A stretch of 64,000 bases of DNA from a virus, in IMG/VR virus record IMGVR_UViG_3300028393_000001, positions 32,001 through 96,000 of that record; one strand, written 5' to 3'. Below are positions 1 to 7,168 of this stretch, in pieces. The first letter of the stretch is position 1, and each line of letters starts with the position of its first letter. A program made the translations under genes and the position numbers. The notes beneath the pieces were generated by a model. That model was given only the letters and a program-made list of their open reading frames with translations. It ran no database searches and was not told the DNA's origin.

Positions 1-73
1 CTTACCAGCCCCCATACCCACCATGTAGCAACCTGGCAAAGGTTGCCATTTTGGTAAGGGTTGAGGCGCCAAA

Positions 74-102
74 ATTATACCCCTATCCTGGCCCTTTGTC
101 AA
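74..102 (-). promoter_or_regulatory. Leftward consensus sigma70 promoter (cassette copy 1)
   Basis: Minus strand TTGACA(97-102)-17 bp-TATAAT(74-79) followed by TTTGGCGCC. Confidence 0.75.
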
Positions 103-170
103 GCGATTTATTAATAACCTATTTTTTGTAGGGTTGTTTTATCTGCTGATTCTAGGCTATAATAAACCCA

Positions 171-343
171 TGACAACGACAAACCCCCAACCCTTAAATG
201 ATATCGAATTAGGCAATGATTTTTTTGCCATCGTGGGTGTACCCTGCGAACAACAACGCGCTCCAATGGATGCTGAAACAGCGGCGCGTGATGCTATAAT
301 GCGTAGGCATTATGCAGAATCTTATGGCGATATTTGTAATTGA
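171..343 (+). CDS. Hypothetical pre-early protein
   Basis: ATG at 171 just after TATAAT at 158-163; track ORF 134..343. Confidence 0.5.
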
Positions 344-441
344 AAGGACTTTATCATGTATATATTAAATATCATTTTGTCAATCATTGTCGGCCTGGCA
401 GTTGTTGGCTTTGTTATGTATGTTCAAAAAATTGATGGAGA

Positions 442-675
442 ATGGCTATGATTTTATCTTTTATGGAATTGGCAATTGATTCTAGACAATTCAATGGTCG
501 AAGCTCTCAAATGGCGCGCGCGCTGGTAATTAATAAGGCTTGTGATTATATCATGCACTACCTATACCCTCACAAGCATGAAGAAAATGTCGTACCCCAT
601 GCCGATTTGGCAATTGTTAATTTTGTGACTGGTACTGTTGAATTACCCGTTACGCTTCACCCTGAGTATCATTAA
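442..675 (+). CDS. Hypothetical protein
   Basis: ORF with GGAG RBS. Confidence 0.6.
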   Translation: MAMILSFMELAIDSRQFNGRSSQMARALVINKACDYIMHYLYPHKHEENVVPHADLAIVNFVTGTVELPVTLHPEYH

Positions 676-816
676 AATGAAACTGAAAAAGATTTCTAAA
701 AAGACAATTGAAAAATTCCAGAAAAAATTACAAGAAAAAATCAGGGGACGCGAAAAAAATCGCCAACAACACGAAAAAATGTGATATAATTTAATTTTAC
801 TTGAAAGGCCTTTATT

Positions 817-1200
817 ATGACTATCCTATCCTTCACCTCTGCCAATGGCGGCGTTTCCCATGTTGTCAAGGCAACTACTGCCAAGGCAGTAAATTACACC
901 CCCGAACAAACCGCCAAAATGGTTAGCGAATATCAATCGGGCAATACTGTTGAATCAATTGCCGAATCCCTTGGCAAAACTGTTCGTTCTGTTGTTGCTA
1001 AACTGTCCCGCGAAGGCGTATATCAGGCTAAAACCTACGTTAGCAAATCGGGCGAACCCGTTGCCAAAAAGGACATGGTTGCCGACGCTATTGGTAATGT
1101 TCTCGGTTTGACCGAAGCAGAAACCGAATCGCTTACCAAAGCGAATAAGACTGCGCTTTCGAAAATCTTTGCTGCTTTGGCAAATAGCAAACCCGTTTAA
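817..1200 (+). CDS. T5 A2-like DNA-binding protein, paralog 1
   Basis: HTH-like IAESLGKTVRSVVAKLSREGVY and ESLTKANKTAL resemble T5 A2; own promoter and terminator. Confidence 0.75.
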   Translation: MTILSFTSANGGVSHVVKATTAKAVNYTPEQTAKMVSEYQSGNTVESIAESLGKTVRSVVAKLSREGVYQAKTYVSKSGEPVAKKDMVADAIGNVLGLTEAETESLTKANKTALSKIFAALANSKPV

Positions 1201-1206
1201 GGTTTG

Positions 1207-1241
1207 GAAACCCTGGTCAATTTGACCAGGGTTTCTTTTTT
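1207..1241 (+). terminator. Rho-independent terminator
   Basis: GAAACCCTGGTCA/TGACCAGGGTTTC stem plus T tract. Confidence 0.85.
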
Positions 1242-1246
1242 GGTAT

Positions 1247-1267
1247 ATGGTCGCTTCAAGCGACCAT
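1247..1267. repeat. 21-bp palindrome, copy 1
   Basis: ATGGTCGCTT-C-AAGCGACCAT. Confidence 0.95.
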
Positions 1268-1298
1268 TACTATTTTGGTAAGCATTGGGGCGCCAAAA

Positions 1299-1327
1299 AT
1301 TATACCACAAAAACCTGGCTGTGTCAA
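1299..1327 (-). promoter_or_regulatory. Leftward consensus sigma70 promoter (copy 2)
   Basis: TTGACA(1322-1327)-17-TATAAT(1299-1304) on minus strand. Confidence 0.75.
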
Positions 1328-1383
1328 CTTATTTATTAATAACCTACTTTTTGTAGGGTCATTATATATGGTAGAATTTACCC

Positions 1384-1740
1384 ATGAAAACGCTACAACA
1401 CAAAATTGATTTTGTTACCAATGGCATTTGGCTTGCGCTAATGGAATCATATCCAAAATTGATACGATTCGATGCTCCAAAAATTGTGCTATGTAATCGG
1501 CTTACCCGCACGGCAGGCAAAAATTATCAGGAAGAAAATCGTATTCATTTAGGCAATAAATTCTTCGCTAATAATCATAAAGCTATGATGCTGGAAATTT
1601 TGCCGCATGAAATAGCGCATCAGGCCGATTTTAATTTATTCGGCGTATATGAAAAACATGGTGGGCATGGCCCTAATTGGTGTGAAATCATGGTAAAATT
1701 AGGCTTACCCGCTAATCGTTATCACTCACTCACAATATGA
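1384..1740 (+). CDS. SprT-like zinc metalloprotease domain protein
   Basis: RLTRTAG, HEIAH and GHGxxW motifs. Confidence 0.85.
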   Translation: MKTLQHKIDFVTNGIWLALMESYPKLIRFDAPKIVLCNRLTRTAGKNYQEENRIHLGNKFFANNHKAMMLEILPHEIAHQADFNLFGVYEKHGGHGPNWCEIMVKLGLPANRYHSLTI

Positions 1741-1949
1741 TAAAAATCACTTCATGGCTTGGCACAATCGCTTCAATCATTGGGGCTTTTTTGGTAGCAT
1801 CGCAAATTGTATTCATTGGCTATTTGGCATTTATTGTCGGGTCGGCATCATGGTTGATTGTGGGTGTAGCGCGTAGGGATTCATCACTAATCGTTTTGAA
1901 TTTCGTTTTCTTTTTGGCTAACATATTGGGGATATATAATGCTTGGTAA
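1737..1949 (+). CDS. Small 3-TM membrane protein
   Basis: Three hydrophobic segments; ATGA overlap with upstream gene. Confidence 0.7.
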   Translation: MIKITSWLGTIASIIGAFLVASQIVFIGYLAFIVGSASWLIVGVARRDSSLIVLNFVFFLANILGIYNAW

Positions 1950-2070
1950 AATTTTGGTAACTATTTTCTTTCCTGTAATTGCCCTCTTAGATTGGACAAT
2001 TTCAAATTATCCGCTTCGCGACTTCTGGAAAAATAACCGTGAAGCATACCTAGATTTTATGAAAGATTAA

Positions 2071-2097
2071 TCAAAAAGGCAACTATTGCCTTTTTGA
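2071..2097. terminator. Bidirectional terminator
   Basis: TCAAAAAGGCAA/TTGCCTTTTTGA. Confidence 0.75.
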
Positions 2098-2108
2098 AGG
2101 CACCAAAA

Positions 2109-2129
2109 ATGGTCGCTTCAAGCGACCAT
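2109..2129. repeat. 21-bp palindrome, copy 2
   Basis: ATGGTCGCTTCAAGCGACCAT. Confidence 0.95.
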
Positions 2130-2214
2130 TATCATTTTGACTACTATCGCCTGGGGCTGGTCAATAGAAAAATTCAATCGCAAAACCTGGCCGTGTTCAT
2201 GCTATAATTCGCCT

Positions 2215-2688
2215 ATGAAAAACATTATCATATTTGACCTAGACGAAACTGTCATAAATTCGTCACATCGCACACCTAATAACCCTGATGGCACTCTAAA
2301 TTTAGATGCCTATATTCGGTTACATAATCCCGAAAATGTCGCAAAAGATACATTATTGCCAATTGCACAATTAATGCGTGCTCGGTATGCAATGGGCGAT
2401 TATATCATTGTTTTGACTGCTCGCGATATGAAACCATGCGATTATCAATTCTTAAATGATTACAATTTGCCTTATCATAAAATAATGTCGCGTGACCAAG
2501 CAACGGCAAAGCATTACAAAATGAAAGACGGCGAATATAAAATGCGCTGGATTAAACCATTCTTAAATTTAAAACAATTTGCAGGTCGGCAAGTTGTTAT
2601 GTTCGATGATGCTAAACCCGTAAAATCAGCACTCAGAAAATTATTTCCTGTTTTATGTGCTCACAAAGTAAATGCACGTTTTGCGTGA
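2215..2688 (+). CDS. HAD-superfamily phosphatase
   Basis: FDLDET motif I, LTAR motif II, K and FDD motifs III/IV; start refined to ATG 2215. Confidence 0.85.
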   Translation: MKNIIIFDLDETVINSSHRTPNNPDGTLNLDAYIRLHNPENVAKDTLLPIAQLMRARYAMGDYIIVLTARDMKPCDYQFLNDYNLPYHKIMSRDQATAKHYKMKDGEYKMRWIKPFLNLKQFAGRQVVMFDDAKPVKSALRKLFPVLCAHKVNARFA

Positions 2689-2721
2689 TATAATAACTCT
2701 CTTATTAACTGAAAGCATATA

Positions 2722-3420
2722 ATGGCCAAAAAACAATTTTTCGCGATTCTCGACACCGAGACTACAATTTCGGATACTGTTGCCGATTTTGCAATTATTA
2801 TCGTTGACCGCGAAGGCAAAATTCACAATCAATGCGCGGTACTGGTTGCTGGTCATTATGGCAATCATGAGTTATTCCATGATAAAAATGCAAATGATAT
2901 TTGGGGGTACGCTGGTTTAGAAAAACGTAAAGCAAATTATGCGACAATGCTAGAATCGGGCAATCGTATGCTTGCTTCAACTAATGCTATCAATAAATGG
3001 ATTAATCAAGCAATTGGCAAGTATAACCCCTCATTGACTGCTTACAATTTGGCATTCGATTTGGCAAAATGTGCCAATACTGATATTGATTTATCAGGCT
3101 TTACTTCCAAATTTTGCCTATGGCAAGCGGCGGTAGGTAATATCTGCAATAAAAAAGCATTCAAGCAATTTGCCCTCGATAATCACGCATTTAATAATGC
3201 GACTAAACTAGGCAATATGACATTCAAAACCAATGCCGAGATTGTATGCGGTTTTATTAATAATAATTTCATTGAGGAACCACACACCGCCTTAGAAGAT
3301 GCCCGCGATTTTGAACTGCCTATTTTGACTACAGTTATCAAAAAACGCAATTGGCGCGATAATATCACTGCTTACGCTTGGCAAGATTTTCAAGTAAAAA
3401 ATCACTTTACCGCAAAGTAA
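2722..3420 (+). CDS. DEDDh 3'-5' exonuclease (DnaQ-like)
   Basis: LDTET, AYNLAFD and HTALEDA motifs. Confidence 0.85.
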   Translation: MAKKQFFAILDTETTISDTVADFAIIIVDREGKIHNQCAVLVAGHYGNHELFHDKNANDIWGYAGLEKRKANYATMLESGNRMLASTNAINKWINQAIGKYNPSLTAYNLAFDLAKCANTDIDLSGFTSKFCLWQAAVGNICNKKAFKQFALDNHAFNNATKLGNMTFKTNAEIVCGFINNNFIEEPHTALEDARDFELPILTTVIKKRNWRDNITAYAWQDFQVKNHFTAK

Positions 3421-3457
3421 AACGGTATCCAATTTGGCGATGGTCGCCAGGTTGGAT

Positions 3458-3478
3458 ATGGTCGCTTGAAGCGACCAC
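3458..3478. repeat. 21-bp palindrome, copy 3
   Basis: ATGGTCGCTTGAAGCGACCAC. Confidence 0.9.
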
Positions 3479-3547
3479 AATTTTAATCGGGTGTAATGGG
3501 GTAATTTTTCGGGTAATGGGGTAATAACTTTCATTATAGAATTGGCA

Positions 3548-3568
3548 ATGGTCGCTTGAAGCGACCCT
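3548..3568. repeat. 21-bp palindrome, copy 4
   Basis: ATGGTCGCTTGAAGCGACCCT. Confidence 0.9.
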
Positions 3569-3596
3569 TATCATTTTGATAAGGGTCTGCGCCAAA

Positions 3597-3625
3597 ATTT
3601 TATCATAAGCCTGGCCTGGTGTCAA
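3597..3625 (-). promoter_or_regulatory. Leftward sigma70 promoter (copy 3)
   Basis: TTGACA(3620-3625)-17-TAAAAT(3597-3602). Confidence 0.7.
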
Positions 3626-3712
3626 TAGGGATAAACCCTTATGTTGTATTTTTTCACACTTGCCCATTGGTGGGGTTTTCTGCTATAATAAATTTTTAAA
3701 TGAAAGGCTATT

Positions 3713-4342
3713 ATGATTAAATCTATCGGCGATAATTATGTGAGATTCGCAAAATCTGATTTTTCAGAATTACGGCGTCAATTGTCAATTCTTGAAGGTT
3801 ATATTTTTGGCAAGAATAAATCTGCAATGACTGCGGATTATTGGGGCGTATGCGAAGAAGGTGGCGAAGAAGATACCATTGTCAAATTGGCAGATGGTTT
3901 GACGGGTAAACCCTTGGGCATTACTTGGCAAAAAATCGTGAAACATTTTCCTGCACTAATTGCAGAATTAGACAAGCATGGTTTGCACTACTATATCGGC
4001 AAAAATTATGTTGGTAATTGGGGCGTTCATCGTCATATTTATGATGAATCTTCAACAATGAATTTGTGCCTGCTAGTAAACGGCAATAATGGCGGGACTG
4101 TTAACTTTCACGAATTTGACAATGATTCAGAATTTTTTGATGAATTGTCCGATGACCATATTTTCGATTTGCATCATGCATCGTTCGAAGAAGGAACAAT
4201 TACAGAATCGGTAAAGATTAAAGACGGCGACTGCTTCTCTTTTAATACTGGTCAATGGCACTCGCACATTGTCCAAGGCGAAAAAGCAGAATTATTTTTG
4301 CTACACTTTCGTGATGCCACTTCTGTACATGATTTAGCATAA
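3713..4342 (+). CDS. Hypothetical protein, possible cupin/oxygenase-like fold
   Basis: HRH and FNTGQWHSH motifs in beta-rich C-terminal half. Confidence 0.5.
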   Translation: MIKSIGDNYVRFAKSDFSELRRQLSILEGYIFGKNKSAMTADYWGVCEEGGEEDTIVKLADGLTGKPLGITWQKIVKHFPALIAELDKHGLHYYIGKNYVGNWGVHRHIYDESSTMNLCLLVNGNNGGTVNFHEFDNDSEFFDELSDDHIFDLHHASFEEGTITESVKIKDGDCFSFNTGQWHSHIVQGEKAELFLLHFRDATSVHDLA

Positions 4343-4345
4343 AAC

Positions 4346-4377
4346 AAGGGTTGCCAAATTGGCAACCCTCTTTTTTC
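4346..4377. terminator. Terminator, probably bidirectional
   Basis: AGGGTTGCCA/TGGCAACCCT stem with T tract downstream and A-rich tract upstream. Confidence 0.8.
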
Positions 4378-4381
4378 TATA

Positions 4382-4402
4382 ATGGTCGCTTTAAGCGACC
4401 AT
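4382..4402. repeat. 21-bp palindrome, copy 5
   Basis: ATGGTCGCTTTAAGCGACCAT. Confidence 0.95.
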
Positions 4403-4431
4403 TGTCATTTTGGCAAGGGGCTGGCGCCAAA

Positions 4432-4460
4432 ATTTTACTCTAACCCTGGCCCTTTGTCAA
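4432..4460 (-). promoter_or_regulatory. Leftward sigma70 promoter (copy 4)
   Basis: TTGACA(4455-4460)-17-TAAAAT(4432-4437). Confidence 0.7.
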
Positions 4461-4596
4461 TAGGTGTTTACCCCTATGTTGTATTTTCACAAAAATAAAA
4501 AATAACTTGAATTCCTGGCCTTTTGTCTATATAATAGAGGCTTAGCAGGCAGTAAAGGGAAACTGTAAAAAATCCCTGATTCTCTTGGAGTGTACT

Positions 4597-4923
4597 ATGG
4601 CAGAAAAAGCCGTCAATTATACCGCAGAACAAACTGCGGTAATGGTGTCCGATTACCAGTCGGGTGTAGGTGTGGAACAAATCGCTTTGTCGCTTGGCAA
4701 ATCGGTGCGTTCGGTGGTTGCGAAATTGTCTCGCGAAAAAGTATATGTTGCCAAAACGTATACTACCAAAACGGGCGAGGCCGTTGCCAAAAAGGATGCC
4801 GTTGCAGACGCAATCGGCGCGGTGCTCAAGCTCACTGAGGCTGAGACCGAATCCTTGACAAAAGCCAATAAAACGGCTTTGGCTAAAATTTTTGCGGCGC
4901 TTGCCAATAGCAAGCCCATGTAA
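4597..4923 (+). CDS. T5 A2-like DNA-binding protein, paralog 2
   Basis: Highly similar to 817..1200; GGAG RBS before ATG 4597. Confidence 0.75.
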   Translation: MAEKAVNYTAEQTAVMVSDYQSGVGVEQIALSLGKSVRSVVAKLSREKVYVAKTYTTKTGEAVAKKDAVADAIGAVLKLTEAETESLTKANKTALAKIFAALANSKPM

Positions 4924-4935
4924 AATTTGGCAATG

Positions 4936-4963
4936 AAAGCCCGCTTAGGCGGGTTTTCTTTTT
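4936..4963 (+). terminator. Rho-independent terminator
   Basis: CCCGC-TTAG-GCGGG plus T tract. Confidence 0.8.
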
Positions 4964-5004
4964 CCGCAATAGTTGCCTTTTTGGTAATGGTCACCAGGGT
5001 GATA

Positions 5005-5025
5005 ATGGTCGCTTCAGGCGACCAC
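5005..5025. repeat. 21-bp palindrome, copy 6 (imperfect)
   Basis: ATGGTCGCTTCAGGCGACCAC. Confidence 0.85.
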
Positions 5026-5070
5026 TATTTTTGCGAATCGTTGCCTTTTTGGCGACTACCACTAAATCGA

Positions 5071-5095
5071 TAACGGTCGCTTCAAGCGACCGTTA
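5071..5095. repeat. Palindrome, copy 7 (compensatory variant)
   Basis: TAACGGTCGCTT-C-AAGCGACCGTTA. Confidence 0.9.
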
Positions 5096-5187
5096 TTTTC
5101 GCATGCTTAAAGCATGCGCCAGTGGCTGCGCCAGTGGTCATATGAAATTCTGCTACCTCGTGTGCCCTGCGCCAGTGGCTGCGCCAA

Positions 5188-5217
5188 ATTATAACAGAAA
5201 GACTGAGGGCGTGTCAA
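5188..5217 (-). promoter_or_regulatory. Leftward sigma70 promoter (copy 5)
   Basis: TTGACA(5212-5217)-18-TATAAT(5188-5193). Confidence 0.65.
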
Positions 5218-5381
5218 GTAAATAATTTCTTACTTGAACCTGGTAGTCGGTTCCGCTATAATAATTACTTAGACAGGCAGATAGGGCCAAACGGGTACAA
5301 GAAGCGCAAAATTTCTTATTTGACTCTCAGCCCCTAATGCCTTATAATTTATTCATAAACAAACAAACCAAAGGAAGCAAA

Positions 5382-5693
5382 ATGACCGCAAAAATCGTAA
5401 ACTACACCGCAGACCAAGTTGAGAAGTTGGTCGCAGACTACCAGTCGGGCCAATCGGTCGAGATGATTGCTGACAGCCTAGGCAAGTCGGTGCGCTCGGT
5501 TGTGGCTAAGCTCAGTCGTGAAGGCGTGTACCAAGCTAGGAGCTACGTCTCTAAGACTGGTGCAAAGCCTGTTAAAAAGGACCTGGTTGCTGACCAGATT
5601 GCCAATATCCTCCTGCTTACTGAAGCAGAGGCAGATAGCCTGACCAAGGCTAACAAGACCGCCCTGACTAAAATCCTGGCTGGCTTGCAGTAA
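5382..5693 (+). CDS. T5 A2-like DNA-binding protein, paralog 3
   Basis: Same motifs as 817..1200; AAGGA RBS before ATG 5382. Confidence 0.75.
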   Translation: MTAKIVNYTADQVEKLVADYQSGQSVEMIADSLGKSVRSVVAKLSREGVYQARSYVSKTGAKPVKKDLVADQIANILLLTEAEADSLTKANKTALTKILAGLQ

Positions 5694-5724
5694 ACGCCGC
5701 AGTTTAGGGTCAAGAAATATTCAC

Positions 5725-5753
5725 TTGAATCATGACCCTAAACCTTGTATAAT
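5725..5753 (+). promoter_or_regulatory. sigma70 promoter of the large ncRNA, overlapped by an 11-bp inverted repeat
   Basis: TTGAAT-17-TATAAT; GTTTAGGGTCA(5702-5712)/TGACCCTAAAC(5733-5743). Confidence 0.75.
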
Positions 5754-5757
5754 AGAT

Positions 5758-6506
5758 TTATGATTAGGCGATAACATAATAAAAATTATAATTCGCCGAC
5801 TCATAATGCAGGAATCGGAAAAGTTAGTAGCTGGTTCGATGCCAGCCCCGTCATCTTAGGGTGCCGGGTATGCTTATGTAGGTAAAGCGACCACTTCCAG
5901 CCTGCAGAGAGGTACCGATCCTCCAAAAACGGCTGTGGTTGGGGGTAACATCTGAAGATAGGAACCCTGGGGTTACTAACACCATCATGAAAAGTTAGGG
6001 GAGAAAGAACTTCCGATCAAATACAGCTATCATCTAACAAAGATCTGGGTTTCATCCAGCCATGTAGGTATGGACTCCTACTAGCGCACGGACTTATACA
6101 CGTAGAGTCATAAAATATACGCGGTCGAATAGCCTATGTTACAGGCTTGACTAGGCAACTTTGAAGCATACTCCAGCTAACCACTGGCTAAGGCGCTCAG
6201 GTTTAGGGTCAGGTAAGGGGTGTGGTGCCCTGAGCCAACATGGAGAGTACAATGACAGTAACTATCCCAAACAAAAAACTGTTACTGAGGAAACCAGCAG
6301 AGAAAGGCAGTATGTAAGCTCCGGCTGTGTACGTTCTCTATAGGATAACCGATTAAAATTAGCACAGTTAGATAAGCTCTGACGTTCTCTACTACCATAT
6401 AACCCCTGACAAGGTTGCGGCTAGAGGCTCACCTTACGACTGTAGGCCTGTCAAGCCTTAGCTAATCAACTAGCCCCTACGGAGTCATGCCCGTAGGGGC
6501 TTTTTG
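5758..6506 (+). ncRNA. Large (~750 nt) structured non-coding RNA, family not recognised
   Basis: Promoter-to-terminator unit with no credible ORF; many helices including long-range 5814-5825/6008-6017 and 6143-6156/6446-6458; T-loop-like hairpin at 5830-5846. Confidence 0.7.
6472..6506 (+). terminator. Rho-independent terminator
   Basis: AGCCCCTACGG/CCGTAGGGGCT plus T tract. Confidence 0.9.
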
Positions 6507-6554
6507 TTGCTTAAAAATAAAGAACCTGCAGAATTCTGGACGTCCGGCGCCAAA

Positions 6555-6583
6555 ATTATACAGTGCCTGAGTGAGTTTGTCAA
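6555..6583 (-). promoter_or_regulatory. Leftward consensus sigma70 promoter (copy 6)
   Basis: TTGACA(6578-6583)-17-TATAAT(6555-6560), then TTTGGCGCC. Confidence 0.75.
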
Positions 6584-6824
6584 GTGTGGATTCCTCATCG
6601 TCTGAAGTGCCGCTGAATACAAGTCTGTTTTTTAAGGTGCCCTCTAATAGGTAGTCTGTTAATGAAACTCATAGGTTTTGTTTTTAAAAATTAGTGTAAC
6701 CTCTAGGTTCTGACCCTAAGCTGCCCAAATCAGGGCCCAGTTGCCCCTGAGTGCCCGAAATTAGCTTAATCTGACATAATTCGAGAAACCTGCGGAAATT
6801 TAGACATTTAGGACTTTAAAACGA

Positions 6825-6856
6825 AAAAAAGCCCCCTACTTTGACATAGGGGGCTA
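6825..6856 (-). terminator. Terminator of the A1-A2 unit
   Basis: AGCCCCCTA/TAGGGGGCT stem with A tract on the plus strand. Confidence 0.85.
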
Positions 6857-6862
6857 ATTGGC

Positions 6863-7165
6863 CTAATTTAGGGTCAGTTTCTTCTCAATTAAGGCTAAAA
6901 CTGACTTATTTACCTTCTCCAGCGATTCAAGCATATCCGAATTTACATCTAGTAGCTTAGCGATGCGCTCTATATATTCGTCCTTCTTCACAGGAACTTC
7001 ACCACGCTTGGTCAAGTACTCCTTCTTTTTGTACACGCCCAGACTGCTTAGCTTAGCGATGACTGATCTTTCTGGAACGCCCAGACCCTCAGCTAAAGCA
7101 GACACTGGCACTCCGGCCAAGTAATCCGCTTGTAATTTCTTTGTTGTTAGTTCGTCGTATTTCAC
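6863..7165 (-). CDS. T5 A2-like DNA-binding protein (next to A1)
   Basis: RSVIAKLSSLGVY and ESLEKVNK motifs; synteny with A1-like gene. Confidence 0.75.
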   Translation of the reverse strand: MKYDELTTKKLQADYLAGVPVSALAEGLGVPERSVIAKLSSLGVYKKKEYLTKRGEVPVKKDEYIERIAKLLDVNSDMLESLEKVNKSVLALIEKKLTLN

Positions 7166-7168
7166 TGC

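Noticed and set aside
3458-5095. Palindrome pairs as a CRISPR array
   Set aside because: Repeats are dispersed, spacers are irregular (47 bp to >1 kb), the sequence does not resemble CRISPR repeats I know, and no cas genes are present
6286-6300. GAGGAAA as an RNase P RNA signature
   Set aside because: Not followed by GTCC, and no matching 3' P4 strand was found
6161-6343. 60-aa ORF inside the large ncRNA
   Set aside because: TTG start, no RBS, far from the promoter, and overlaps strong RNA helices
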